Origin: Catajapyx aquilonaris
Taxonomy: Eukaryota
Length of the DNA: 64,000 nucleotides
Assembly: GCA_000934665.2 (NCBI GenBank)
Contig: KZ538356.1
Location: 1-64,000 of the forward strand
Reading direction: 5' to 3'
Positions within the stretch are counted from its first letter, which is position 1; each line of letters begins with the position of its first letter. Positions 50,031 through 61,700 of the stretch are shown here, one piece after another. The notes beneath the pieces are model-generated. The model was not told the DNA's origin and did no database searches. It saw only the letters and a list, made by a program, of their open reading frames with translations. The translations under genes and the position numbers were made by a program.

Positions 50031-53000
50031 TTAGCTGATGGCCAGCGCATCACTCTGCAACTCATGGCTCAGCTGCGTCTGCAAGTCCGACAGCTTCTTT
50101 TTTAGGATTGATATCCCAGTCATGACAATATTTTCAGGCCGTAGAGCTCCACTGCTCTCCACATTTAAGTAGAACTTGTTTGGCTTGCCATCCCAGCTGT
50201 ATGAAGCTTGAACTGTAAAGATATATTGCTTGTTAGTATCAAATGAAACTAAAGGTGGGTTTATACTCCGCCGTAAGGGGCGAGAAGCAGCAGTAGCGCC
50301 GTAAAGAAAGCAAGCCTGCTACTGCAAGCGGTTTATACTAGCTATTGTATGTGTACTGTATGTCAAGCATTGCCGGATTCCTAGTACCCACGGTGTCCGC
50401 CAGGTGTCCGCACCTCCGGTCTGCCACGGATTTTGGGACTTACATTTTTTAATACTAAAAACGTCCATGGGTCTCGGCAATGATCATATTAGCTGGCCAA
50501 AAATCAAATCGTTCCGGGAATATGCCTAATGAGCCAGCTTTCGGACACATACGGCAAGCAGCGCGGCGCTTTGCGGAGCCACCATTTTTTTTTGCCGTAG
50601 TGGCCTTATGACGTAGCTGAAAAGTTGAATTTCGTTCAACTTTTGCAGCGGCCGTAGGGAGTTGAAATTCACGCCGTAGTGCGCTGGCGATACCGCAGCA
50701 GCGTGCCGTAAGCTGCCGTAGTGCCCCTTACGGCGGAGTATAAACCCACCTTTATGGTGCATGCAGCCAAGATTTGAGGAGAAAAATTATTCACATTTCT
50801 ATTAAAACCTGACATAGCATCCCTTACCAAAGTAATTATACTATAGTTGGGTAAATCAATCAGGAGTTTAGTCTAACATGACTTAGAAGTAACGAACCCT
50901 GAGGAACCATGTTAAATTCAGTGTGCATTCAAAGACCTGTTGGATTGAAACACAACATTTCTTGAGAGTCAAATGAAAATGAAATGAAACTCAAAATATC
51001 ATGAAAGTTCATCATTGTAAGCTCCGTACTAAATAATATTGTGAAGTGCATATTCCAATGACTTAAAAATTTAGTCACAATGAGAGTAAATTCATGGCAA
51101 ACCATCATTACATGAACCCCTTGATAAAAGGGCAGGATGGATAATGGCAGTGCTTTTTTATCTAGAGTCTAGACTACTACTGACATGATGCAATGTAATG
51201 ATGAGGTTACCGCTTCTCATTTATGAAAGGAAAATTGGCAGTTTTTGGTATAAATGCCCATCACTTTCTGTGCTCACTGATGCGATCACACCCTAATTGC
51301 AATGCATTGCAACCACAAGGCCACTTGATGCCTGGCGTTAAATTTTTAACACCAACATTGTATAGAAAGAGCAATGCGTCTTCATTCTTTCTGGCAGGCA
51401 GTCAAAATCTTGCCAAATTATTCTTTCTTGTTTACGGAATTTAGAAACTGTATTGTCCTCAGTGGAAAATTATTGGCCATAAATTTCTGCCAAAAACTGA
51501 CGAAAATATGGCAATATTCAGCAACAAAATACCACTTTAATATTGAATAGTTCCAGTGTTTGGGTCTAACAAATATCCAGCTGGGTGATGGCAAATTGAC
51601 ATGGATTCTACATAATTATGACCATCCCTGTCTTTTCTCATGGATGTGGCTGGAAGCATGAACTACACCGATAATTATATTTATGCACTGACATGACACT
51701 GCTGATACTCACAGGAATCATCTGAGAGGCTAGTGTGCTCTGATTTGGGCCACTCATCTGGCTTTGGGAAGAGGGTGTGGCGGAGAGCATTGTCTGGGTC
51801 ATACTCAAAGGCAACTCCTGCAGTTGGGTTCCACTTTGCATGCTCCTTTCCAAAGCCTTTCTTGGCGTATGCCCGCAGCTTGAGCTCCTGCCCCTTCCGC
51901 AGCTTCACAATGAGGATGTCATCCGTCTCTCCGTAGTCGGAAGCCTCATCCTCTCTGTGACGGGAGGTTACAGGCACCACCCGGGGGTCGGTTGACTTCA
52001 GATCAGCAGTCGTCACATGGCGCGTTTGCTCATCAGTGCATTTCACGTCCAGGGTGAATTCCGTGCTGCAGTCTGGGCAGAAGTCAGTGCAGGTGCAGTC
52101 CTAGGTTTAGAGACAGTTATTATTCCAGATTGCCAGGAAGTAAATTGGCATTGCAGCTGGTGAAGGGTCCTCTCCTCGGTCCCCTCAAGGTGTAACCAAG
52201 TCTTTTGAGATAAGATACTACAGTTTGTTGTAACTCTGACAAAAGGACAATTTCGACATTTTCGCTAAAATCGGATTATGGCCTCTGCTAGCACCATCAA
52301 GTGTTGGGTCACATTCTGACAAAACGACAAACACGTGGGACAAGTGGCATCAGAGTTATAATGGAAAATCAAAAGGTCATCCTATGTTTTTGTATACAAG
52401 GTGGTCGGTAAATGGCGGACAAGCTTCAGGTAGCGAGATTCCTTGTGAAAAACCAGTATATGGAAGTGAAGGTCATATTGCTCTACGAGGCCTGGTTAGG
52501 GCTCACGAGGTCTCCAAAGTTTGGGCCCAATCATGACGTCACATCCGCCCGCGAAATTCAAACACTACAGTATCGCTACCATCCGCGGTGCGTTGCCAGG
52601 GGTTGCCAAGTTGACATCCCCCACATTTCCACACAACAATGGAACCGTATAAACTGGCTGGGACGTTGCCAGTCATTGCCATACCGTCGTCGCCGCGTGC
52701 CTGGCAACGTCCGAGGGAGTTTATACGGTTCCATTGTTTGGTGAAAATGTGGGGGATGTCAACATGGCAACAAACCGTGTACTGTAGCGATACGGTATTG
52801 TTTAAATTTTGCGGGCGGATGTGACGTCATGATTTGGTCCAAACTTTGGAGACCTTGTGAACCCTAACCGGGCCTCGTAGAGCAATATGACCTTCACTTC
52901 CATATACTGGTTTTTCACTAGGAATCTCGCTACCTGAAGCTTGTCCGCCATTTACCGACCACCCTGTATAGCGGTTCGCAGGTTTCTGTTAGCTCTCCTG

Positions 53001-53635
53001 TAAAATTTGGAAAAGGTTGAATTCGTCGTTTTGTCAGATCACCGACGAGTTAGGAATCCTAATTTTGCACATCAAGACCCCTGCCTCTTGTTGACTTAGT
53101 CAAACTCATTCACACTTCTGCAAGAGATGGCCAAATGCCATGCTGAAAATTGCTCAAAGTATTCCAGTATGTGGCAGTGCGACCTGGGAACTCTCTGTAC
53201 CAGTACTTGAACGTTTGTTCAAGCAAATTCCAGACATTTCAGTGCTGGCATGAAAAGCCATTGCACCGATATACCGCCACCCACACTTTTGGCAATATCA
53301 ACTACATGCTCACCCTTGTGTACTGCATCCTGTCAACCACATCGTCCGAGGTAAGCGGAATCAATCCAATCCTGCTGGCCAGAAACTCATCGCTGAGGAC
53401 AGTGGAATTGGCTTCAAACTGTACCCAATCGATGGCCATCGTCGGAGTCTCCGCAATGAACATGCGACGTAGGCTGTTCGCAACACTAGTGACAAAGACA
53501 TGAGGTCAAACCAACTCCTGATTACAACGAGTGTTTCAGACTAAGTCACCTGAGGTCCGTGTCCTCGATCTGGAACTTGACGTTCTCCTCCGTCAGGTCG
53601 GTGATGTGCACCGAGGGCTGGTTGGCGTACGGCAT
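50031..53635 (-). CDS. POLR2C: RNA polymerase II subunit RPB3, 275 aa, 4 coding exons
   Basis: Exons 53635-53550, 53485-53314, 52100-51713, 50212-50031 total 828 nt. MPYANQP start, [11 protein letters not shown] zinc site, [56 protein letters not shown]. Confidence 0.97.
50250..50754. mobile_element. ~500-bp MITE (PIF/Harbinger-like or TA-targeting) in RPB3 intron 3
   Basis: Perfect 32-bp inverted ends TAAAGGTGGGTTTATACTCCGCCGTAAGGGGC; repeated GCCGTA subterminal motifs. Confidence 0.85.
52397..52966. mobile_element. 570-bp foldback Tc1/mariner-type MITE in RPB3 intron 2
   Basis: TA-CA(A/G)GGTGGTCGGTAAATGGCGGACAAGC ends; arms pair for roughly 270 bp around a ~30-nt loop. Confidence 0.92.
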
Positions 53636-54945
53636 CTCTTGTTGCTGTGCTGCGGACAATTCTCTCGAGAAGAACGGGGAGAAACGACACCGCGAGCGAT
53701 ACTTCGCAGTTGTTGCTGCCTGCTTGAAAATCAAAGATGGCGACCAGGCCCTCTTGTCAGCGCTGCCACCTGCCGAGTGCCGATCAAAACTGTCGGCTTC
53801 ATTATTACCGGTTATTACATTAAAAGCGTGTACGCCCCTTCTGTACACATCACTACAGTTGTAAAATATATTAACGGTAAAATTAATTCTTACTGACTTG
53901 TTAGCTGATAACACGGTTGAAAGCGTAAAATGTGTTGGCTCCACTGCTGTGACGTCACACTACCGCCAATTTTAAACAGCCAGAAGAGGACTAGAAAACT
54001 TTTATTTCCTTTTCACTGAGCTGACATTTTTTTGTGCCGTGTTGTACCATCTCATCATCTTTCAGCCCCTCTGGAAGAAACGTGGGGGAGACGAGATGAA
54101 AATATAATCTGTGCTGAATCCGGCCGAATGAGGTCCTTAATCGAGTGGGCGTGGCCTCTTCTAATGAAGACGGTGTGTGGGCAACAAGAGACTTTTTTTT
54201 CCCCGTATACCCTTAGACTGCTTAGAGAGAGAAAGAAAAAAAAAATGGAAGTGTGTAGCAGAATGCAAGGTAAAAGAGGCAGTGCAGTTTAATCCTGATG
54301 AGGGAAAGAAAAGGTGGAGGGGAAGGAGGTTCGGGGGGAGGTTCGGTGTTTAGAGTCGCGGGGCGTGCCTTCATTTCCCTCTTAGTAGTTAACTATATTA
54401 GATCCATTTAGGACATAACTTGGAGTAGAGTTCAGTGCTGGCAAACACGGCAATAACTTCAGATTATTCCGTGCCGAAAACTTTGCCGACTTTGTGCGCC
54501 GCCACATTTATCTCACTTCATCTGCATACGAAAAGAGTGGAGGTAATTACGCCCGCGGAAAAAGATGAATACTAATTACGATGGAGTATATTATTTGCGT
54601 CTGTGCAGACCTCTATTGGGAATAAATCTGCCAAAGCGGCCGTTATGAGTGGGTTATGAAAGGAAGTAGCTGGCATGTCAGCTGCTTTATGAGGAAATAT
54701 GCACCAGAGGGGGGGAAGGTTATAGAGGGGTGGGTGGGGAGGGTGTGGTTTTAAGGGGCTGGCTGGGTGGGTGGGGGGCACCTTCTTGTTCCTTTTATGC
54801 TGCACCACTCCTCTTATTTCTCATCGTTTGCAAGGGTACTTGGGACATTCGCTAGTGTGTAGCTGACGGTGCACCTGTGCAACCTGGCAGCTGCTCTCAA
54901 ATCAAATGTACTGCAGTAAAGTGTCGTATGGGGGCATCTAACTCA

Positions 54946-55081
54946 AGATTGTACCGGAAGTAAAATATGAGTACAGTGAAACCAGCTAATTATTTTAATA
55001 TATTTTTATATGCCAATATTGACAATATGCAAATTCGTGATTGGTTAGCGCCAACTTCCGCCTACACTTCCGCTACAATCT
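54946..55081. repeat. Short degenerate inverted repeat, possible MITE remnant
   Basis: AGATTGTACCGGAAGT ... ACTTCCGCTACAATCT, 15 of 16 matching. Confidence 0.45.
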
Positions 55082-55598
55082 CCCAGACATGATTCAGCTA
55101 CATTTCCTACAGTGAACGTGCAAGTAAGCAATTTACCCATCGAAGCACCGTACTTCTACAAAAAATCCCCCCTGAATCGATACATGCTCCATAATTACGA
55201 GCGTATAGCTACATGAGCAAACACCTGGAACTCATTATTTTAGACTTGGTCGTCAAATAGGTAATTAATTAACCAATTTCATTTACACTGAGTATGATGA
55301 TGCACTTCAAGATTGCTTAATAATGAATTGCGCCCAGCTCAGCGTGGAGGCCCACGTTTAAAAAAACAATAAAAAAAAACACTCCATACCTGCTGATTGT
55401 ATGGATTGAACAAATCCAATCTATTTAATCGAATATTAGAGTGGAAAATTAGCACCCCCGGACTGTTGAGTGACAATTTTGGGTCTTGGCATTGATTCCA
55501 TGACTTTGCATTTGAAGCAGAATTGCGCATGTACTGTATAACTTCATTCTGTATACATCTCCCCATATTACTCCCCTTCCTCTATTCTCTTCCTCTCT

Positions 55599-55600
<2 letters not shown>

Positions 55601-55652
<52 letters not shown>
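55601..55652. repeat. (AG)26 microsatellite
   Basis: Directly visible. Confidence 0.95.
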
Positions 55653-55653
<1 letters not shown>

Positions 55654-56953
55654 ACATTAAAACTGTTATTAGTCACTGACAAAATCTAATTATTTCGTAA
55701 TGTTTCTTCATTAGCATTTATATAGAGGCTGCAAACAAGTAATGGTGAAGGATAATCATTGCCGGAGTGATCCTGGAGGACGGGCCTTGTTGGGAGGGGT
55801 TTGGGACATGTCTTTTTACATAAGACCGGTACCGTTATTGCAGGTATACATAATTACATGTTACAGGGTGTGTTTTTGTTCATTTATTTATCCAATCGAA
55901 AGTGGAAGAAGGAAGGAAGGAAGAAAAAAAGGAGGGCAGGGCACAGGGGCCGGAAGCCAGGAAGGTTCATTTCGAGTTTGCAGATAAAAATAAATAAATA
56001 ATTGCGAGGCAGGTTGGTGCCAAAGAATAGATTACATGGGGCGAGGGAAGGAGGAACCATTTGCCTCGGCCTTTTTGTCTCTTCGCAATTGCCATCTGGG
56101 GAACTTTTCCATGGCGTAGAACAATCCCCCTTTTTCCCTCTCTCTCCTCCCTCCTACTCCCTCTCCCTCTCTCTCTTCCGTGTTAAAAGAATAATTAAAC
56201 TTCTCTTCAGGCATTGGCGCATTTCCTCCAGCAGAACCTCGGAGCAAGGAGCAAGCATTTGTTCTTAAAAAGTGCAATTTCATTGGGAATTGCTAATTAA
56301 TTTCTTATCACAAAAATTATGTTGCACTGTCGCATGATACGACACAAAAATCACAGGGATTTTTTTTTAAAGGAAAAAAGGGAGAAGGGGGAGGGGGAAA
56401 AAAAATCCAATTTCTGGCTGGCAAGTTGCACAAAGAAAAGACCGAGCTGTAAACAAGCCGTTTTCATTCCTCACAAATCAGTGAGGCGTAATATCGGGGA
56501 ATTGCATCGTATATAGAGGAAAGGAAGGAAGGGTGGGTTGGGTGGGGGGTGGGGGGAAGAAAAGGAAGGGTAGGGAGGGGGGGGGTGAGCCCACCTCCAG
56601 TGCAAATTCGAATTCCTGAGCCACAAGGCGAGCCCCGTAAATACATCAAAGGCGAGAATGGGAAGGACAGCAGCAGGCAATCCAAACCAAGACTAAATCG
56701 CGTCTAAGTCGCCCTTTGCTCCAAACGCCATCTCCACCCTTCCCACCCACCCCTCCCCATGCAAACGGCCCAATAGAGGAACCCACCTAACATCGACCTC
56801 CATTCTCTCACTCTGTTCTATTCCTCCCCAACCCGATTGCTAAGCAACCAAACGGGACAACCGGGTGTATCAGAAAACATCAGCAAAATAGTCTCAAAAT
56901 CAAACGCGAACGTGATTCGAGTTGACTTTTTCTGATTGCCACGAAAATTTGAC

Positions 56954-57250
56954 AGCGACATATGGAATGTTGTCAGTCATTTCTCGTTGCCAAGTAACCT
57001 AAGGGAAAAATTTTACAAAATCATGTAGATTTGACATTGTAGGATCGAACCTGGAAAACCGGAAGTTGATCATGAAACCTATGTATACATAGGTTTCATG
57101 ATCAACTTCCGGTTTTCCAGGTACATGATTTTGTAAATTTTTCCATTAGGTTACTTGGCAACGAGAAATGACTGACAACAAGTTTTCGGATTCGGATTCA
57201 GCGTACCCTATAGGGTACACTGAATCCGAATCCGAAAACCGTTTGTCGCT
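56954..57250. repeat. Branched palindrome with two spacer-less hairpins
   Basis: Perfect 74-bp palindrome 57049-57122 inside outer arms 56968-57027 / 57122-57180; second 58-bp palindrome 57182-57239 with one mismatch; closing AGCGACA/TGTCGCT. Confidence 0.9.
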
Positions 57251-57879
57251 ATCTCTTGAGGTTTGGGCCCTCATACCAGTCCACAGACGGTCGGACGAAC
57301 TTTTTTGATGAGAAAAATCTAAAAATCAAAATGCAACCTTTTTTGCTAACTTTGTATTTTATTTCTACACTAAAAGGATTACACATAATATAGCATAGAT
57401 ATACGGCTGTGCATGACCACAATACAACATCTGTACATGTTCAAAAAAGAGGGTGAGAGAGGAGGTTGGGGGAGAGGGTACATTACATGAGAGGGCATGC
57501 AAGTTTGCACCTATGTACGCACTGCCAAATTTGGGTGGGATAAGTGGGTGGGGAAATAAAGTACACTCATTCATAAAGTTCGGTCAATGTCTTTTTTTAT
57601 CCCTTTGACCAGTGGTCAATCCAGTGCTTCCAAACAGTCCCACTGGTTGCATGCACACACTTTTTCCGTCTTCTCTGCATCCATTCCTTCTCTCTCTTTT
57701 ACTCATTCCTTACCTCTTCTTTCGCCCCGCCAAAAAATGAGCACTTTTGAGCCTCAGTTAAGTGGCCTAGTAGTGGACACAAAAAAAAAATCTTCCAATT
57801 TGGTTTTTTTCTTAAAAATCCTTATCATTTACAAGGGTTTGAAGAAGGGGTCAGGATGCTAGGAAGGGGGGGGGGGGGG

Positions 57880-58024
57880 NNNNNNNNNNNNNNNNNNNNN
57901 NNNNNNNNNNNNNNNNNNNNNNNNNNNNNNNNNNNNNNNNNNNNNNNNNNNNNNNNNNNNNNNNNNNNNNNNNNNNNNNNNNNNNNNNNNNNNNNNNNNN
58001 NNNNNNNNNNNNNNNNNNNNNNNN
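57880..58024. other. Assembly gap (N run) after a poly-G tract
   Basis: 145 N bases. Confidence 0.99.
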
Positions 58025-58777
58025 GCGGACTTTGGGAGCTAAGAAACACCGAAATTACAGTTCTGAACGAAAGGAGTGCTGCAATATTGTGTCGGGTATT
58101 CCTTTGGGGGGCATCGGCTACCCTAAGGAAGACCCCTCAAAAAGGATTAGCGTCACACCCCTCGTTACCATTAGTATTATTTTTTTCTCTTTAAAAACAA
58201 ACAACACCGACTTTTTTTTTTTTTGGTTGCCATTGTTGGCACACATCAACTGGGAGGGAAAGCTTAGATTTGCTTGAGACGTAGACTCGTTAACGGGTTT
58301 TACATAGAGCAATTGGGGGGGTCATTCGGTTTTTATTAAATAATGGAGAGGAAAGGATGTGGAGGGGTAGGAGAAGGTGGTCTACTGTTTTTATCCAAAA
58401 AAAAACAGTATTTATTTATTTTTCTTAGAAAATCTACTGGTGGCGTATTGGTCGCTTGCTGCTGGTCAAAAACTGGTGCCCTAAGTTGGTGGATTTTATT
58501 TAGGGTGAGAGAAAAGGGCAGCATGCAGCAAGCACCGGAGCCAGCATTTTAAACAAAAAAACAACAACAAAAAAAAACAAAAAAGCGATTACACTTAACC
58601 CTATAGTTTCTGATATAATAATTAGGTAGCCTTGTCCGTTGGGAAAGCCCGAAGAGCCAGACCAAAATGAGCTCTTCCAGAATTCCATCCCAGCAGGGTC
58701 GACGGCTCGTTTTTCTGTATTTTCTTTTTTGCATTCTAGCAAATTTTTCTCTGTTGTCTGGTTTATTCGAAATTGTT

Positions 58778-60448
58778 TTACTTGACGGAGGCCGAGTAGT
58801 TTGGAGCCGAGGTGTTTTGATTAGATGCTACCCATGTGTTGAACACGTCCCTGAAATTGACACACAGATGTGACATTTTGCTTTTCGTATCACTTTTTGA
58901 CAAGATCAAACTACGACTGCATTCAAATATTAACGTTAGGTTAAAAGTACGCACCTGTTGATTGGCAACATTCCGGTTAATACAGGCCATGCTGAAGGTT
59001 CAACCCCGAGTGAAAAAGTACAGCCCAAAAAATGATCACTTACCAGACCCACTCTGATTACACTCATATGCGACCGAGCCCCATATAAGTTACATCTACC
59101 CGGAAAGAAAATTTTCGTGCAGAGTGGATTGTTAGTTACATGCCTTGTGAGGTGCGCCGGAGAGCAGAATCTACGAGTGGTAGTTCTTCTAATGCAGCGT
59201 ACAAAAAAACACAAGTGGAGCATGTAGATCAGTATATGAAGTGAGAGTACCTGCAGTGCGAGACAACGCACTCGTTGCTGCAGTACTCATCCTCCCACTC
59301 GGCGTTGTGGACGCCTGGATTGGTGCAGCCGTTGCGGATGCACTGGCCCGGGGGCTGCCCCTGGGGTTGCCCCTGCTGGGATTGGGGCGGCTGCTGTGGA
59401 GGACCCTGGGGCGGACCCTGAGGCGGCCCTTGGGGTGGTCCCTGAGGTGGGGGCTGCGGCTGCTGCCCCTGTTGCTGCTGCTGTCCTTGTTGCTGCTGTT
59501 GCTGCTGCTGCTGTTGCTGTTGCTGCTGGGATTGCTGTTGTTGCTGTTGAGACGTTGGCGGTCCCTGTGATGGCCCCTGCCCTTGCCCCTGTCCCTGTTG
59601 GCCCTGAGGCGGGGTCGGAGCCTGCTGGTTGTGTCCGTGCATTGGGAGTTGTTGCTGCTGGTGTGGATGTGGATGTGGGTGTGGATGGGGATGAGGATGC
59701 TGCTGCTGGTGTGGATGCTGCTGCTGTTGGTGGGGATGTTGCTGCTGGTGTGGGTGTTGTAGGGGGTGTGGGTGGTGGGGATGCTGTGGGTGTGGGTGTT
59801 GGTGTTGGTGCTGTTGAAGGTGTGGATGAGGGTGCTGGTGGTGATGCATGGGCGGTCCCAGGGGCGGGCTGCTCACGGGCGGGCTGCCCAGTGGTCCTTC
59901 TCCTGGGCTGGATATGTGCGGCCCGTTCACCTGCTGCATGTAGGAGTTGGGTGGCGAGGACAGGGGCGGCCTCGGGGCCATCTGCATCCCGGGAGGGGCC
60001 ATCTGACCGTTGGGCGAGTCCGTCATGAGCGAGGTCAGAAGCGGGGACTTTTTGACCAGAGGAGACATTTGCTGAGAAGCGGCTGCTGAGACCGCACCTG
60101 CAGCTGCAGCCGCCGCAGCAGCCGCAGCCGCAGCGGCCGCAGAGTAGCCACCGTACCCTCCGTAGCTGCCGTAAGCGCCGTACATGCCATCCGCGTCGCT
60201 CGCTCCCTGCGTGCATAACAACCGTTCTAATTACGAACCAAGGTCACAGATGCAGCATGTTATTGCACCGTGAATACACAGGTGGCTAACCGAATGATTG
60301 ACAGCCACCAGTGGTAAACATATCAGTAATGCATCCGCGTAAATGGCAACAAGAAAATTATACCAACCTTGGAGACTAGGCTGGCCCGGTATGCAGCCAA
60401 CGCCTTCAGGTACTCCTTCTTGGCAGCTTCCGTCTTCTTCTTGTACAC
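58778..60448 (-). CDS. TOX: TOX-family HMG-box protein (TOX4-like), last three coding exons; 5' part not found in the window
   Basis: Exons 60448-60368 ([27 protein letters not shown], end of the TOX HMG box), 60206-59251 (Ala/His-Pro/Gln-rich, then CIRNGCTNP...[16 protein letters not shown]) and 58850-58778 (DVFNTWV...stop). Confidence 0.92.
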
Positions 60449-61546
60449 CTAAAAAATAATCAAATTTTTTTCTTAACAAACACCTGCAGTGACAAACAGC
60501 CGGACATTTTCTTTTTGTCAACACAAGACTGGCTCCGTAGTTAATTCTAACACACGGTTTACCAACCACTTAGAGCGTATAATAACCTGAAACTGAAACC
60601 CGAGTCCATTTTTATTTTACTGCACCGTACCGGCAGTCCTGATATTAAAATGTGCCGCACATCCTTTCACGCATCCCCGAATCCTTGTCGGTGAAAAGCA
60701 GGGTGTGTGAGAGTATCCCCGCATGATGATGAAGGCGTGTGTCGGAATCAGGCAGAGTGAAACGTTTCGAATGCGGGCAGATCGCGAGAGAAGAGGCCGA
60801 CGCGCTACGACCAAACTGGCAATCGATCCCCTCCGGAGAGAGAGAGAGAGAGGGTAGAGAGAGAGAGAGAGTATAGAGGGGGAGGTTGGGAGGAGAAGAG
60901 AGAACACTGGCAAAATTGGCCATAAATTGGACGGGGAGCTGCAGCATTTGCAAAATATTTGTCGTGTGCCCGGAGACAAAAGGGGAGGCTGCGCAGCCAA
61001 CTGATGCCACAGCTTTCCTCTTTCATCCCCCCACTCTACTCTATTTGAGCAAATAATAATAAAAAAATCCGGCAAAAAAGGTTGATGCCGCAGCATGACT
61101 CAATAAGTGCATATAGTGGACAGGTAATAAAATGCAACAACCAAGTGAGTACTTAAGATGCGTGTGCCTTCTCGCTCTTTCCTTCATCCTCACTCTAACT
61201 CCAGGCCATTTGCATCTCATCCCAGTAATCATCTTCCCCTCCCTACCAACAAGCGGCACCCAAACTTTCCTATCTCATCCTCCTATCCTCTCTCTCCCAA
61301 CCCACTTTCACACAAACCCAACCCATTCTATCCCGTGCCATATATTATACCCGCCTTTATGCGTCCTGCATGCGGGATAATCATTCCAATCTCCGCGCAG
61401 CCATTGCTTTATGCATCCTCTCCTGTCCCGGTGGTGCCTACAACGTCAATTCATACCATCCCATGCATTAGTGGCCTAAGCGCCAAAATATCATCTCAAA
61501 TACTTGCACTGTGCAATTAAATATCTTAAAAGTCGTCAAAATTGGC

Positions 61547-61700
61547 CAGGTGGGGTGAGATTGTGCCGGCGTATTTTTGGACAACAGTGCGCCGTACTGG
61601 CAGCATATTTCACTACATTGAGGGATGGTCAAGGTTGGCAATGATGGTAGGGCGCACTGTTGTCCAAAAAAAATGAGTTGGCACAATCTCACCCCAACTG
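61547..61700. mobile_element. ~155-bp inverted-repeat element in a TOX intron
   Basis: Arms TGGGGTGAGATTGTGCC...TTTTTGGACAACAGTGCGCC and their reverse complement; no target duplication seen. Confidence 0.7.

Noticed and set aside
53636..53944. 103-codon in-frame extension upstream of RPB3
   Set aside because: Starts at GTG; the ATG at 53635 gives the canonical MPYANQP start and the expected 275-aa length.
59241..60216. Long alternative-frame and antisense ORFs over the TOX exon (309, 210 and 109 aa)
   Set aside because: Shadows of GC-rich repetitive Gln/Pro/His/Ala codons with no independent domain signal.
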